Shown here piece after piece: positions 15,378-41,587 of a stretch of DNA of 64,000 bases. The stretch comes from Perna viridis (Eukaryota), in the NCBI GenBank assembly GCA_037379345.1, contig CM074511.1:51528862-51592861 (forward strand). Direction: 5' to 3'. The notes below the pieces were generated by a model that was not told where the DNA came from, did no database searches, and worked only from the letters and a program-made list of their open reading frames with translations. Each line of letters opens with the position of its first letter. Position 1 is the stretch's first letter. A program made the position numbers and the translations under genes.

Positions 15378-18300
15378 TATGAGGCATTTCCATCTATCTT
15401 AGTTCCATTCAAATCTTTTTGTTTATTTTGATAAGTTAAGAAGCCTTTTTGTATTGAGCAAATTAAACCTGGATTTTCAAGCATGCTGTGAATATAGGTA
15501 TTTTAGTGACAGTAAACTTGTCTGTATACCTCAGCTTAATGCAGTGAAAAGGAGTCCAGAACTTTCAAGTCTGACAATATTAATTAAATAATTAAATTGT
15601 TTATTCAGTCAAATAATATGAAATGTGGTGTTGGCTTTGTCCAGAAAGGAATGGTATTGTAAGATAATGACAGGCTACTAAAAACAACAATAAGTCTTGC
15701 AAAAGATGGTAATGAGATGTAATGTATAGCTTCCTGTAAACATTTTTGACTGCTCTTACGAGACTTGCATGGAATTGAAATGATTTTGTTGAAGACGTTT
15801 TTTATGTCTTTGACTTTACTCATTATTCTGGCATTGATGGTATGAGATACACAAGAGATATGTACACACTGTAAAATATCATGATTTACACATGTTAGCA
15901 AATCATATTTTAAAAAAGATCGTGTATAGTTTATCCAATATTGTTTGTGTTAGTGCAATTATTATTTTGTGGTTATCATTCATTCCATGTGCCATTTATC
16001 AGACCATGAATTGTATATGAATTCACAACATCCAGTGTTTTTAACCCATTTTATAATTGTAATTTATGATACAGAATGTATATACAGCACCATCTCGAGT
16101 GTATTTTAATGTAACCGACTTGAACAAATACCAGATAAATATGAAAGATTTTGCAACAATATAGATTAAGATGTGTTAATTTTTTTTTCATTCAAAAAAT
16201 GAAGTATGTGATGTATTTTGGTCTACCCTTGATTGTTAATTAAGGTAGGGGGTACAAATCTTCAACTTTATGGAAATATTAAACACTTACTAGCTTCAAG
16301 ATTTTTTTTTAATTCCATAAGTTCCTTTATCCAAAATCTTTATGATAACATGTATATATATAATCTACTACTAGTATTTCTGAATGAAATTTTTATCTTT
16401 TTTATAATTTTGTATGTTTATGCTGTAGATATTGTTGTTATATGTATTATTTCATATTTATTGTGGCATCATCTAAAAAAATGTTTGACAGTTTTATCTT
16501 TGGTTTACTTATTTTTAAAATTGTATGAAATGCATTACTTCCTAGTAGTAACCCTCTGTGCACCCCTAGAATATCTTTCAGTAAAATATGGCTTATTTGG
16601 AATTCTTTGCTTATTTTATCCAAATTAATACTTTTGGGGTTCTTTTGATGAAATGTGGCGATTTTGTAGACAGCATTTATTAAAAAAATGTAAAAAAAAA
16701 AATTGGATTTTCGATTTTCCCGGAAAAAGTCGCATAAATTTTACCAACAAGTTATAGCTCAAATAAAGCACCTAAAATTTGGTATCATTCGATAGATAAT
16801 TTAATTTTCTACAGAAATAAACCATGAAAAACTAATTTCCAAGAAAGAATTTTCAAAAAATGTTAAAAATATTACCCCTACCCCTAGAAAACTGGTCTCA
16901 GTATCAAAAAGAATTCTCATTCACAGCAAACCGACACTGAAAAACTCTTATTTTAGGCTTTCATGATTAAGATATTAGTGTACCCAACATATCTGATCAA
17001 TTCAGGAGCTTAAGATTTTCTTTTTTGGGTTACAATTACTATAAAACTGTAAAAAAGGGAATTTTCAGAATTTCTTCTATATCTTCTGTTAGTTTTTTTT
17101 TCTTCAAAATACTAAAGCTTAAACAAGCTTTTTTGTGATACAAAACATTTATATGGTGTCTTAGTTTTTGTATGTTCAAATACAATTATATACAGTAGTA
17201 GCTTTCTAATGAGCCCAAGTAATAAATATTTGAACTTTTCCAAATCCAATTAGGTGAAAAAATTGCTACCCCTACCCATGAAAAAGATACTTCAACATGA
17301 ACCAAAAATTTTTGATCAGGTACAATATACATGTTGGGTACTATTGACTTAATTATTGATGTATCTGTAGGGGGTACCATTCTTTCACCAAAATGGCCTG
17401 GAATGGGTTTAATTATGCATAAACCTGTTTGAATATGCAAAAGCTTGTTTGAAGTAGGGTACTTGAAAAAATGCACATTACATGGAAATGAAAGAATATT
17501 CCCCTTTTTATGAAAAACTAATAATTGTCATCTTGAAAAAGTAAATAATGGATTTTTGCCACAACAAGTTATAAAAAGTAGCAGAAAATACAAAAAAATT
17601 CTACAGTTTATTTTTTGGTGACAAAAAGAATTGTGAATTGGAGGTATAATGGTAGCTGAAAATCATATGTTGTTTGATGATGGGGTGCACAGTGGACCCT
17701 CCTAGCCCATGGACTATAGGAAACCAAAATTCATATAACATAACTAAGGTTAAACATGTCTGTCCACAATCCAATGCTATCTCAGGATGCTTTTTTGTAT
17801 TTTAACAAACATTTTTGGTTAAATGTTTTATCTTCTTGGAATGAAGCTTCCCTTCATTTTATCTAGTTTCCCAAGTTTTATTATCAAGTTATGGGATTTT
17901 TTAACACTTAAAAAATGGGGAAATGTGCATACACATACTTATTGCTTCAAAGAAACAGCTCAGTATGTCCAATTGTTGATTTGTATTCCTATTATAAAGT
18001 TAAATTTACTTGCTCTGGTGATTAGACCTGATCTAGGTAAGAATCAAATGGTTGGTCCATTTGTCTTTTTTCATATGTTGTAACCACTACTCCTCCTAAA
18101 CGTTAAAATGGATTGTGAGTGTTAATAGGTAGTTTAGGTTCTATATTGTATTGGTAGATGTGCACAAAGAAATTTCATTTTGTTAAATAAGTAGATATTC
18201 TAACTTTTGGTTCTACACGTTAAATTTAGTTACACATAAATTGTGATGCCTCCAAAAGAAGGTAATCCAAGTACATTGTATATTGTTTAACATAGAAAAA

Positions 18301-18459
18301 AACTTGTAAGCCATATATCCTAGACTGTGCAAGGTGTTAGATTGAAATTTCATGAGAAATTAAGGAATCATATACTGATTAACTGTGAAGGAAACTCAAA
18401 TTAATAACTCTAGGCTGATGCCTGCAAAGGGAGATAATACAACTAAAAATATTGTTTCT

Positions 18460-19077
18460 GGTACCTTTGAGGTGCCTTACTCTTACTTGGCTCAAGTCAC
18501 AACCACAAAAATCAATCACAGTCTTCCTTTTGTGGTATGGCACCTTGTAATTCAATTTCAAAAAGATTCATTCACTACATATAATAGTCAAGTTCTTGTC
18601 TCTCTGGACATCAGGAAAATGCATGTTTCTGGCCCCTAATTTCTGAAAAGTTCAAGTCTTTACCCCAAAAGTCAATCCAAGTCAAACCATTGTGGTATAG
18701 AATATTGTGGAATAATATCAGACATTCCTATGTTTTTATTGGAGTCAAGTAGTTAAGTTCTATGAAATGCTTGTTATAGCCCCTAATTCTAAAACAGTTG
18801 TTGACCATAACCTCAAAATCAATTCCAACCTTCCTTTTGTGCAATCTCATTAAAATTAGATCTCTCACTATATATACACCATCCCATGGTGTAGCGTATA
18901 TATAGTGAAAGATCTGATTTTAATGAGATTGCCTTTTGTTGTTTGGAACCTTGTTATAACATTTTGTAAAGATAAACTAATACTTAAGTTATTGCAAGGA
19001 AACCAAGTGTCTATGGATGATGACAAAAGCTTCATACCAATATATGACCCCAATTTTTTTTTGCGGTCATATAAAAA
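18460..19077 (-). mobile_element. HINE-like family B copy, reverse orientation
   Basis: Reverse complement of family B units; ends CCAATATATGACCCCAATTTTTTTTTGCGGTCATATAAAAA. Confidence 0.5.
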
Positions 19078-19987
19078 GTTAAGCATGATATGAAGGAATA
19101 TGAATATTGTAAGATGCTTGCAATTAAAAATATTTCCAGGTTTATACCTGGTGAATAGAGCTACATCTAAACAGCAAATGAATTTGATATAATTTGATAG
19201 GAAGTTTTGGCATCATGTATAGATTTGCATATAGAAAAATTTCTTTAAATCCAATTGGTGCAAAGATAGATAATCCACCTTGAGGGTTTAACATGATTTT
19301 AGTGAAGGGTATTCTCCTTGTGAGCTTTGTTCACACTATTTCCAGGTATCTATGAAGTAAAAAAAATTATGCAAACTGCAAAATAAATATACTTATAAAG
19401 TAACCCATGAAGAAAAGCATCTTGTAGGGTGTTTGGTACACTGAAACAACTTAACATCAGCCACTGTGTGCATTATTGAAACTCGCATAAATAATTCCAA
19501 CAATAAATATACAGAAAATACCATCAATTTAAAATGATTCAAATTTTATTTTAAGAAAAACAATTCATAACAGTTATTACAGGCTAATTCAAATGCGTTT
19601 GGGCTAATGAATTGTCTAAGCATGTGCATGAGAGTTAAGTCATTCTGTCTAATTTCTACACATAAATTGCCTAAACATTCATTCAAGAATACACATTGAT
19701 AATATTAATACGACTTTTAATCTTCAATATCATTTATGATACTGCATGATTTCACTGGCTATTGTTACTTGAATTTTTCTGTCCCATTTATTATTTCACA
19801 TTAGACAAATCATAACACATCATCTAGTTATAATATTTGTATGTACTGGCATAATAACATCAACTGAAACAGAGCAATAATCTGTAAAATTCTTAAATTA
19901 TATACTACATAGGCATATACCCAGTACAGTGCCAATTAATTTATTTTAAACATACCATGAACACAAAATCATATTTTAAATCACATA

Positions 19988-22900
19988 TCACGGAGCTGTT
20001 GTTTGAGAATTTTCTACAAGTTCGGCTACATTATGAAGTCTACAAGCAATATCTCTCTGTAATGGACGTTGTAATGGATGAGCTAGAAGCTGTGACATCT
20101 GATCATAGAACCTAGTAGGATTTCTGGCAGCCTCAAATACATAGGACATCCCTTTTTCATCAAAGTCACACAAACTATCAAATATTACCTGTAAGATTGG
20201 AATGTATGTATATTTCACGTTTCAAAATATATTTACATCACATTTGATGAGAGTCCCCAATATCTGGTCCTCTTATGAACAAATAAGGCCTTGCTATCAA
20301 TACTAATGTCCTATTTCATTAACTAGCAACGACTGACAACTGTGCCTCTACAAGACTGATAGCATTTCAAGACCTGTGTCACCGTCATATATTTGTCAAC
20401 AGTGCATACATAATGTCAATTTATGCATTTACACTAAACAAGTTTTAATTTTATGGAATGGGTTTGAAATTACCTTTAAAGAATGTTCTTACAAAAACTT
20501 ATACTGCTGAAATAGTGGTTAATAACTTATACTGGTAAAAAATTTGCTAAGTTCAACAAATAAAATTCATATTAAATATTTGTCAAATTTGTCCACATCT
20601 TCCATATGTATACATGTATAAACATTGTGCAAACATTCAACATAATAAAAATGTAGGAAATTTGTCAATAATAAGCATTTTCAATATGCTTATAAAACTG
20701 TCCAATATTTGAATATTATTGGTTTAATACTTTTTGAGTTCAAAGATTACACAAAGTAAGTACCCCCAAGGCATGAGGGGTCCAGCGACTACTGGATCTA
20801 CAGTTTGGTGATGCAGGTAAATGTAGAGAATGAAATATACAATAAATTCTTACCTATATGACTTGCATTTAATTCATTAAATAAGTTCAATTTTTCTTTG
20901 TAAATATATCTGTTCAAACAAATCTCAAAATTTGGCTGTTTCTTGTTTCCCCATCTCCATTTTATTTTGTGTAATGAACTGATTCCTACTTCAACTTGTT
21001 CTTTTCCTAAATATAAATATCTGATTTTTAAGTACCTCACACTTGTTTTCTTCTGATGGTGCCTCATGCACATACATGACATCAACAAAAAAATATGGTG
21101 AAGAATCCAGCTGTTTAAATGACTGTCAAAAAAAGATAGAATATTTATATATGTACTCAAAACAAACCTTAAAGAGCAGATATAAATCAACACAAAACTC
21201 TCAAAGCAGTGCATTACGCGTAATACTAATATGGTGGATTCGTAGCTTGACACTTGACACTTTATTCTACAGGTTACAGACCACCAATTCAACCAATGAG
21301 CATTTGGAACGTACGCAAAAATAGTCCTACGCAGAAATTACCCCTGTTCCTCATAGTGCTGTGAAAAAAGTTCTCATCTTATTTTAAAAATTTAAACAGT
21401 TTCTGAAAGGAAAAACATTTCTGTACATTTTATAGGTGCATTTTGCTTCTTGTGATGTCAAGCCTAATCTCCATAATGATTTTTAAATATACCCCTATCT
21501 TGTGAAAACACTGGGATTTCCCATGCTATTTATAGACCCTTCACTTCCGGTGACCAGTACTGCACTGCAAGTCTGCTAACCCCACATGCCATTCTGAGGA
21601 TTGTGAGCTGACATATGTAGAATCATGCTGATATATAGTCATCTGCAGGTTAAAGTTAAGGTAAAGTCCAGAGAAGCCATTGAATATTGTGAAATTAGCA
21701 TAGAAGCCTATGGGAAATGGAATTAGTGGTTTTTAGCCTACATGGTAAGTCATCTGATGCCCTGGTAAAACAAATTTCTGTTTTGTCTGTGTAAAACTAA
21801 ACCTTACTTTTTCATAAGCTTAAGAAGTGATTGAAAACTGGTCAACAGACTTGACAAGTAGAATTTAAAGTACATGTATTTAGTGAAGACTACCTGTAAC
21901 ACTATAATCATTTCATGCTACAAAATATTCATGCTTATTATAGGCTAGTAGGAATAATTATTTGCTTGTTAGTTTCAACGGAAAAAACAGACAAAACCAC
22001 TTGTATTCACATAGAAGCCATATAATCTTTTTTGGAAAAGAAGCCAAGCAGAAGACAGATATATAATGAACTAGTTCAAATATGAAACTTTGATCAATAT
22101 TAGAACTATTTGAACAATTTTATGTTCAATATCAAATAAATTTGTTAAAGAATGTATTACTACAAGAACACAAGGATGTCTCAAATATTAATTATGATAT
22201 TATAAAAGGATAGTTTGTTTGTTTGTTTGTTTGTTGGGGTTTAACGTCCGAGCAGCAATATTTCAGCTATATTCAGACGATGAACATGAAATGAAAAAAA
22301 AGGATGGGTCACAAGGATAATAGGGTTGACAAATTTTGATTGCCACTGGAAAAAGGGGGGTGGGTGGGTAAGGTCGGGCAATTTAGCCTCCGGTGGCGGA
22401 GCGCAAAGGTTCCTACTCCTATCGAATACCACAGCAGGGTTCTTTAACGTGCAAGGAACGTGGCATCTTTCCCAACACGATGCACCACTATGGTTTGCGG
22501 TCAGGTTTTCCGTATTATAGCCTGACAACCCCAGCATGCAACACGCCAGGGGTACCCCATTCCACCACCTGGGGCACACATCCCAGTTGCTCTGTGGGCA
22601 GAGCGCCTAGTCCCGGCTAGGTTTCTGAGCACTATTTAGTCGCCTTATAGTAAAGGATAGTACCCACATGCAGAGTACCACATTGCACTACAAAGGTCTT
22701 GCAATATCTTATATGTTCAGGACAATATTAATGCAATAACCTTTAATGCTATATAAGTAGGTGTTTTAAATAAGCCATTAAAGTTTTGATATCATACTCG
22801 GTAAATATTTTGTTAAAACCAGTAAATTCATCATACGGTATTCTTATTGGTTATTTAACAATATACCTCTTTATTGTGGAACTCGATGGGACAATGTGAG

Positions 22901-25900
22901 CGACCATAGATAAGTAGAACACGAATTATATACTGTGGTGGGACAATGGAAACATCTCCTTCCACAGGTGGTAATTCCAACCTTGTCAATCTGAAATATA
23001 GAGCACTATAAATAAGTAAAGATAACTAATGGAAATATATTTAAGAAATAAATCATGGAATCTTCATTTATTCATTGTTTTACTATAGGCTGGCCATTAA
23101 TGTTGCATTATTTTACCCAAGCAATAGGGGTTAATTATCGACATATATGGCCAGCCCGAAATAAATCAATGTTAAAATGGAGTTTGTGATTTATTTAAAT
23201 TCTAATAGGACTAGTTTCTTCATTTTTTTAAAGATGCAGCATATGAGTAGCACAAAATGTTGACCTTGATTGAGCAAAATTCTGTTGTGACATCAGTAAA
23301 TTGGATTAACTTATCAATGACGTCAGATATAAGACATGTATATAACACTGGTCATATGTTTATCAAAGTATTACCATTGCTGAAGTCTAAAGACCTTTGA
23401 AGCATATCATATTAGAATCATCTATAATCTCTTAATTTCACTCTTTCTTGTAATATACAATTTAAAACTCAATCCAATAATGTAAGATCAACTTCAATTT
23501 ACACTGAAGAAATTCAATAATTTTATTTTTAATTGTGACAATATTGTAATAATTAGTTTTATTTTCATCCTGAAAAAACTGGTTACTGATTTTAAAGTTG
23601 TCATCATAACTGATGACTAATTTAGATAAATTCATAATAACTGATGACTAATTTAGATAAATATAGGGTATTTGATTATAAAAATGATGATAGTGTGATA
23701 TTTTTCACTATAGACAGTCATGTGAGATAGCTTTTCACTAGTAGTGTTTCTACTTACAATGTATCGAACAAAGATGAAGCATCAAATGTTTCACAAGATG
23801 TTGTTTCTAACAATACTTGATCATCAAAGAATGATAAGATATCCTTGGGATTAGATGAGAAATCTCTTACCTAAAACATCAGATAACCTACATGTTAAAA
23901 ACTATGAAAAAACATTGTTAATATGTATTGATATGTATATTTATATATACTATGAATTAAGTTATAAGAACAACTGCCAAGACAAGCGAAATCATAACTT
24001 GTTTTGAAAAATGTGTCTAATGAGGATTACAAGACAGATGTAAAAGAAGTGTTAAAATGTTGCTATCAGACTTCTAAGGATTACCATTAAGTCTAAAAGA
24101 GTCCACTAAGAAACAATTAAACTTAAAAAGGTAACATTAAGATAATGAATCTCATCAAAGTTACATTATCAACTTCCTACCCATCTAGCATTGTTGAGCA
24201 GTATAACTAAGGCATACTCATGGGATTTATTTATCCTTGTCTTGCTGTGTAGAAAAAATCCTAAAGCTCTTTTCACAAGCTTCAATGGTGTCCATTTATC
24301 TCTACAAAAAAAACAAGGACAGCATTAGCCAATACATCCAACTGGTTCTTTTTCCAAACTGAGGTTATAGGAGCTTGTTGTGGCACATACCTACCAAAGC
24401 ATATATATATATAATGAAGTATGTACTGGCTTCTCTGACAGGTAGTGTGCTAGCTTACAGTTTCAGGGGTTCATGATTTTACTTCAACAATGTACTGCTG
24501 AGAATAAAATGGAGTTCTGCCCTAGTGTTACATAAGCTTAAAGTTAAGGAATTTTGTTTACTTCTCTGAAAAATGCTTTATGTCATCTTTACTACATGTA
24601 CATAAGTTCTTTATATGTAATGTGTTTTGTAAATAGGGTCTGTGTAATTCCACTGTCACAGTAAAGTTGTCAAATATTAATCTGACTATTTATTGGTCCA
24701 AAAATTATACTTATCTTTTTGTAAAATGAAATTTCTTATTTGTAAAACTGGCTTATCTTTTCAAAAATAGTCAGAAGACCTACCCAGCTCTTGATCTAAA
24801 AGTAACTTTATCCATCTCTGAGCTTAAATCCACACATATAACCTAAAAAGAAATAATAAGAGTTTCACACAACATAAATGAAATTGGTATTATTGTTTAG
24901 TAAAACAAATATATACTTCATCAAGCTAGACCAATCAATGTCTGGACCTGCATCACTGATGATTTTCAGTAAATATCTAAGTTCAAAGGGCATAACTCCC
25001 ATAAAAATTTGACAATGAAGCCTATTTGTTAGAATTCTAGTGTGATACACAAAGTCTGTGTAGTTTCAGCAAGCTCTGGCATAACGTATGAGTTGTGATA
25101 TGAACACTCCATACGCAGGTGCTGAAGGGATGTTGCCACAGATGAAAGGAAAGTTGACAATTCTGAAAGAAACGTCATCACATTTGTCGTAAAATTTGGT
25201 CAATAGTTTTCCTTTACTATCAATTTCTATGTGTAGGTCAAGATATGAGGCTGACTTCACAGTGTCTGTAGTATCCTTTATGTCAAGTTCTTTGAGGTAG
25301 ATGCGATGTATCGAATCCCAAAAATTAGGAGTGCTAAAGATAATATGTCATCTATATAGCGGAAACTGAAATTAAAGGATCTAGCTAAGTGATATTCTTT
25401 CTTTCAGATCAGATCAGCTATAAAGTCAGCCTCATACGAGTGAAGGAATAGGTCAGCAAGTAGAGGAGCACAATTTGTCCCCATTGGAATGCTGACCGTT
25501 TGTTGAAAAACGCGTCCACCACACTGGACAAATATGTTGTTGATTAAAAATTCCAGCATTTTGTAAACATCTTCCTCTGTATAATTCTTCCTTTAAATGC
25601 ATTCATTCTAAATCTTACTTCTTTCTGTGCAAACAAACAGTTTGCCACTTTCTGAGAAAGAAAAGTGAGAAACTAGATATCTATTTGTTCTTTCAATATA
25701 TAGAGTGAATGTCACAGTATATACAATGTCTTTAATATTGTTATAATATCTGTTGATATTACTGAACTTAAAAGGATTTTTAAATTGACGGGAAACCATT
25801 CAGTCTCAGAAGTACCAAGGCCATCTGCTGAGATTTAATAAAAAATCCTTATTTTCAATCTTCAAACATAGAAGTTTGTACTTGAAAAATCTCTGGAATA

Positions 25901-26415
25901 TCTGTTAAAAAGAACATTTTGAAGACAAAGATTTAAAACAAAAAATAAAGAAGATACACATGTAGCTGTAACTGATTTTGAATTAACTTTCGGGGTTGTT
26001 CATGAATAACAAAAGCACCTTAGAAGCATCACCTTGCAATACCTCCTAGATCTTGATGTGCACAATTGTTTGGATATGAGAATTAACCTGGAGGCAGGAC
26101 AAACTTAACTATTTTTTCTTTGCAGTTGACCCTTGGATATACTAGGGCCTGGTCAGTCACAGTTTCGGCAGGTTTCATTTTGTCATCTTCAAGCAGTTTT
26201 TCTACATTATCAACTTTGCTTTGTATCATATCTGTCATTTTAACAGAACCATGTGCCTGCGTCTGTGCCTGTGGTTGAGACAGTGGAGGGTCTTCTATAA
26301 CATCATATTCATGAATTACGGATGATACAAGTTTTGTCAGATTGTCTGCTTTAATTTCTTTGTTTCCATTGCTAGGATCAGTTGTCTTTTTACTGTTTAG
26401 CCAAGAGTCACTCAT
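19988..26415 (-). CDS. BABAM1: BRISC and BRCA1-A complex member 1 (MERIT40/NBA1), ~336 aa; exons 26110-26415, 24784-24842, 24181-24301, 23758-23870, 22867-22990, 21036-21122, 19988-20188
   Basis: Motifs YPRVNCKEKI|VICVDLSSEM, KTRINKSHEYALV, LELP...PPQYIIRVLLIYGR, SPYFFVDVMYVH and LLAHPLQRP match the BABAM1 vWA-like domain. Seven GT-AG exons sum to 1011 nt in frame. Confidence 0.93.
22215..22651 (-). mobile_element. Non-autonomous retroposon (RTE-type/SINE-like), 5'-truncated copy in a BABAM1 intron
   Basis: (AAAC)n 3' tail on the minus strand; 10-bp TSD AAAGGATAGT (22205-22214 / 22652-22661); nearly identical to 33813-34316. Confidence 0.85.
23606..23662. repeat. 31-bp tandem duplication
   Basis: ATAACTGATGACTAATTTAGATAAAT occurs at 23606 and 23637. 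Confidence 0.8.
25045..25595 (-). mobile_element. Penelope-like element reverse transcriptase fragment (degenerate) in BABAM1 intron
   Basis: Minus-strand translation gives FQQTVSIPMGTNCAPLLADLFLHSYEADFI...FNFSFRYIDDIL (RT motifs, with a stop) and SASYLDLHIEI...IPSAPAYGVFISQLIRYARAC. Confidence 0.8.
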
Positions 26416-26719
26416 TCCTTTTGTCTTTAAAATCATAAAAGTAGTAATATTATTGAAAAAAATATTTTATATCGAAACATCTTTTCTGGTTTTTAGTCAG
26501 ATTATCATTTATAAAAGCAAGATTTTATTCTACCATAAACAATCAATTTCTTATTTATATATATGTAATCTTAATCCTTGTCATAACTTAATGATTTTTA
26601 TAACTTTAAATGTATTTAGATTTAGGTTGTACTTGATGTAATGAGTGTAGGAGAATAAAATGAAGTAATGTTTTGTACTTGTCAAAAATCATTCCGTTAT
26701 TCATCTCACTAGTAATACA

Positions 26720-27095
26720 CTGACATGTCAAAATCGCAGATCTTCGCAGTTTTGTATTGCTAATTGTTAATGTAGTGATAATTTTGCCCTTATGGGGACA
26801 ATTTATAAGGTGTATATACTAAACATGCTGATGCAAAACAATGATTGTTAAGTTGGCGTCACGCACTTGCCTATCGCCTATTTATATAAAAAAAATTACT
26901 TCCATCTTGCCTTTCACTTTCACGATACAAGTTTCAGACTGTTTTCAAAAACTTACTAACCTAACACTCAAAATTTAATCTCAACATATTTTTCAATTAT
27001 TCAGTAAGATTTTAGTTTGACTAAGAGGACCGGTCCTAGTCCTGCTTATCAGTTGTTAATGTTGTTGTTCTGTATATTCCTCAAATGTAAGTCTG
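26720..27095. promoter_or_regulatory. Candidate bidirectional promoter and 5' UTR exons for BABAM1 (-) and TMEM259 (+)
   Basis: Local CpG cluster between two CpG-poor genes, with CRE-like GGCGTCACG (~26855), YY1-like CCATCTT (~26902), palindrome GGACCGGTCC (~27027) and a plus-strand donor GTAAGT at ~27087. Confidence 0.45.
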
Positions 27096-28441
27096 TATAC
27101 TACTTTTTCAAGACCTTGCTTAAATACATGTACATGTACGGGGAAATCTGAAAATACAGGGTAGTATTATAACCAAATTTCCTTTGAGAGTGGGATCCCC
27201 AGTCGTTTAGTCAGTGTAACTGCAGTACTCACTGATGCTGTTTTCATCAATTAAGGATGTTACATTGTACTTCTGACTACAAAGGGAGTGGCACATTCCT
27301 CAGGTGATGTTATCAGATCCAGTTTCTCTTCATCTGATAAATTTACATTGTCACTGTCAAGAAAAGATGCTGTCAAGTTTTCCACATTGTTCCATAGGAG
27401 ATATGTCCTTATCTGTTTATGGCCTTGAAATATTGCATTTTACTTGGGTCTGTAACTTATGATATTCATGTACATCTAATGAAAATAAAACAAAATTGTC
27501 TTTGCTAAAGTTAAATATCCCTACTTTTTAACAATATTTTATATAAAGAAAACTTTAATTTTTGTAATGGGTTAAAGCTACATGTAGTACCCCAAAGGAG
27601 GGGACTGTTAATCCTAACTTCAAGACTTGTTCCCAACCTGTTTGACCACAGGTGCGTAAATTAAATTTTTATCATATCTGCTGCAAAAAGCTCTTAAAAT
27701 AGGATTACCGTAAGGTTCAACTTAATTTAAAAAAATACCTTATTAGATATTAAACTGTTCTGCAATATTGGTAACATGGTTTTTGACCTGTTCCAACAAC
27801 ATGGGTGTATATCTTGAATCGTCATCATGGTTTTATTCAAAGTAGAAATCAGTAAAAAATCTAAAATTGTAATTAACGCCCTACTAAGAATTCTAGAAGA
27901 TCCTTCCCAGTGATTGGGATTAGAGGGGATCATGCACCATTTATCACATTCCAGCTGAAAAGGTCCCATCAGAATCAAATGTTTTTATAAAGAATGTTTA
28001 AAATTGGCCCATTGAAACATTCTCAAAATTTTAATCCCAACTACTGCCTTTCCATTGATGATTCCTCCTAGTAAAGCCATCCCTTAGTCTATCCCACCCA
28101 AAAAGCTTGCTGTTTGTCAAAATGGGTTTGAAGTACTTTCACTAATTGAAAAATTCCTATGTTTTGAGCATTTATTTTAATTTTAGGACTATTCTTTTAA
28201 AGATATTTGATAGAAATGTTAAGCTTAGATGTTGAGTCAATGATTTATGAAGCCATAATTGTCCACTGAAAGATGTCAATCTTGCAATCAGTCATCAAAT
28301 ACTGATAAACTTAAAAGTGTAAGAATTTTAAGATATTATGTTAACATCATCATTAATTCTGTATTCTTCCGATGAATCACTAGTTTTTATTTAATTGCTT
28401 GTTAATGTTATTATCAGGAGTAAGTGAAACAATCAAAATGA

Positions 28442-41587
<13,146 letters not shown>

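Noticed and set aside
16240-17412. Possible TTAA-type transposon with recurring TACCCCTA motifs
   Set aside because: It looks repeat-derived, but I could not pair TIRs or find a TSD.
20798-21292. 164-aa minus-strand ORF
   Set aside because: It overlaps BABAM1 exon 21036-21122 in the wrong frame; the rest is AT-rich intron.
22241-22620. Three overlapping ORFs of 64-112 aa
   Set aside because: By-products of the GC-richer retroposon. The frame is not preserved in the second copy and there are no protein motifs.
27360-27412. RTYLLW as a TIR-domain box 3 motif
   Set aside because: A single short motif with no box 1 or box 2 upstream; not enough for a family call.
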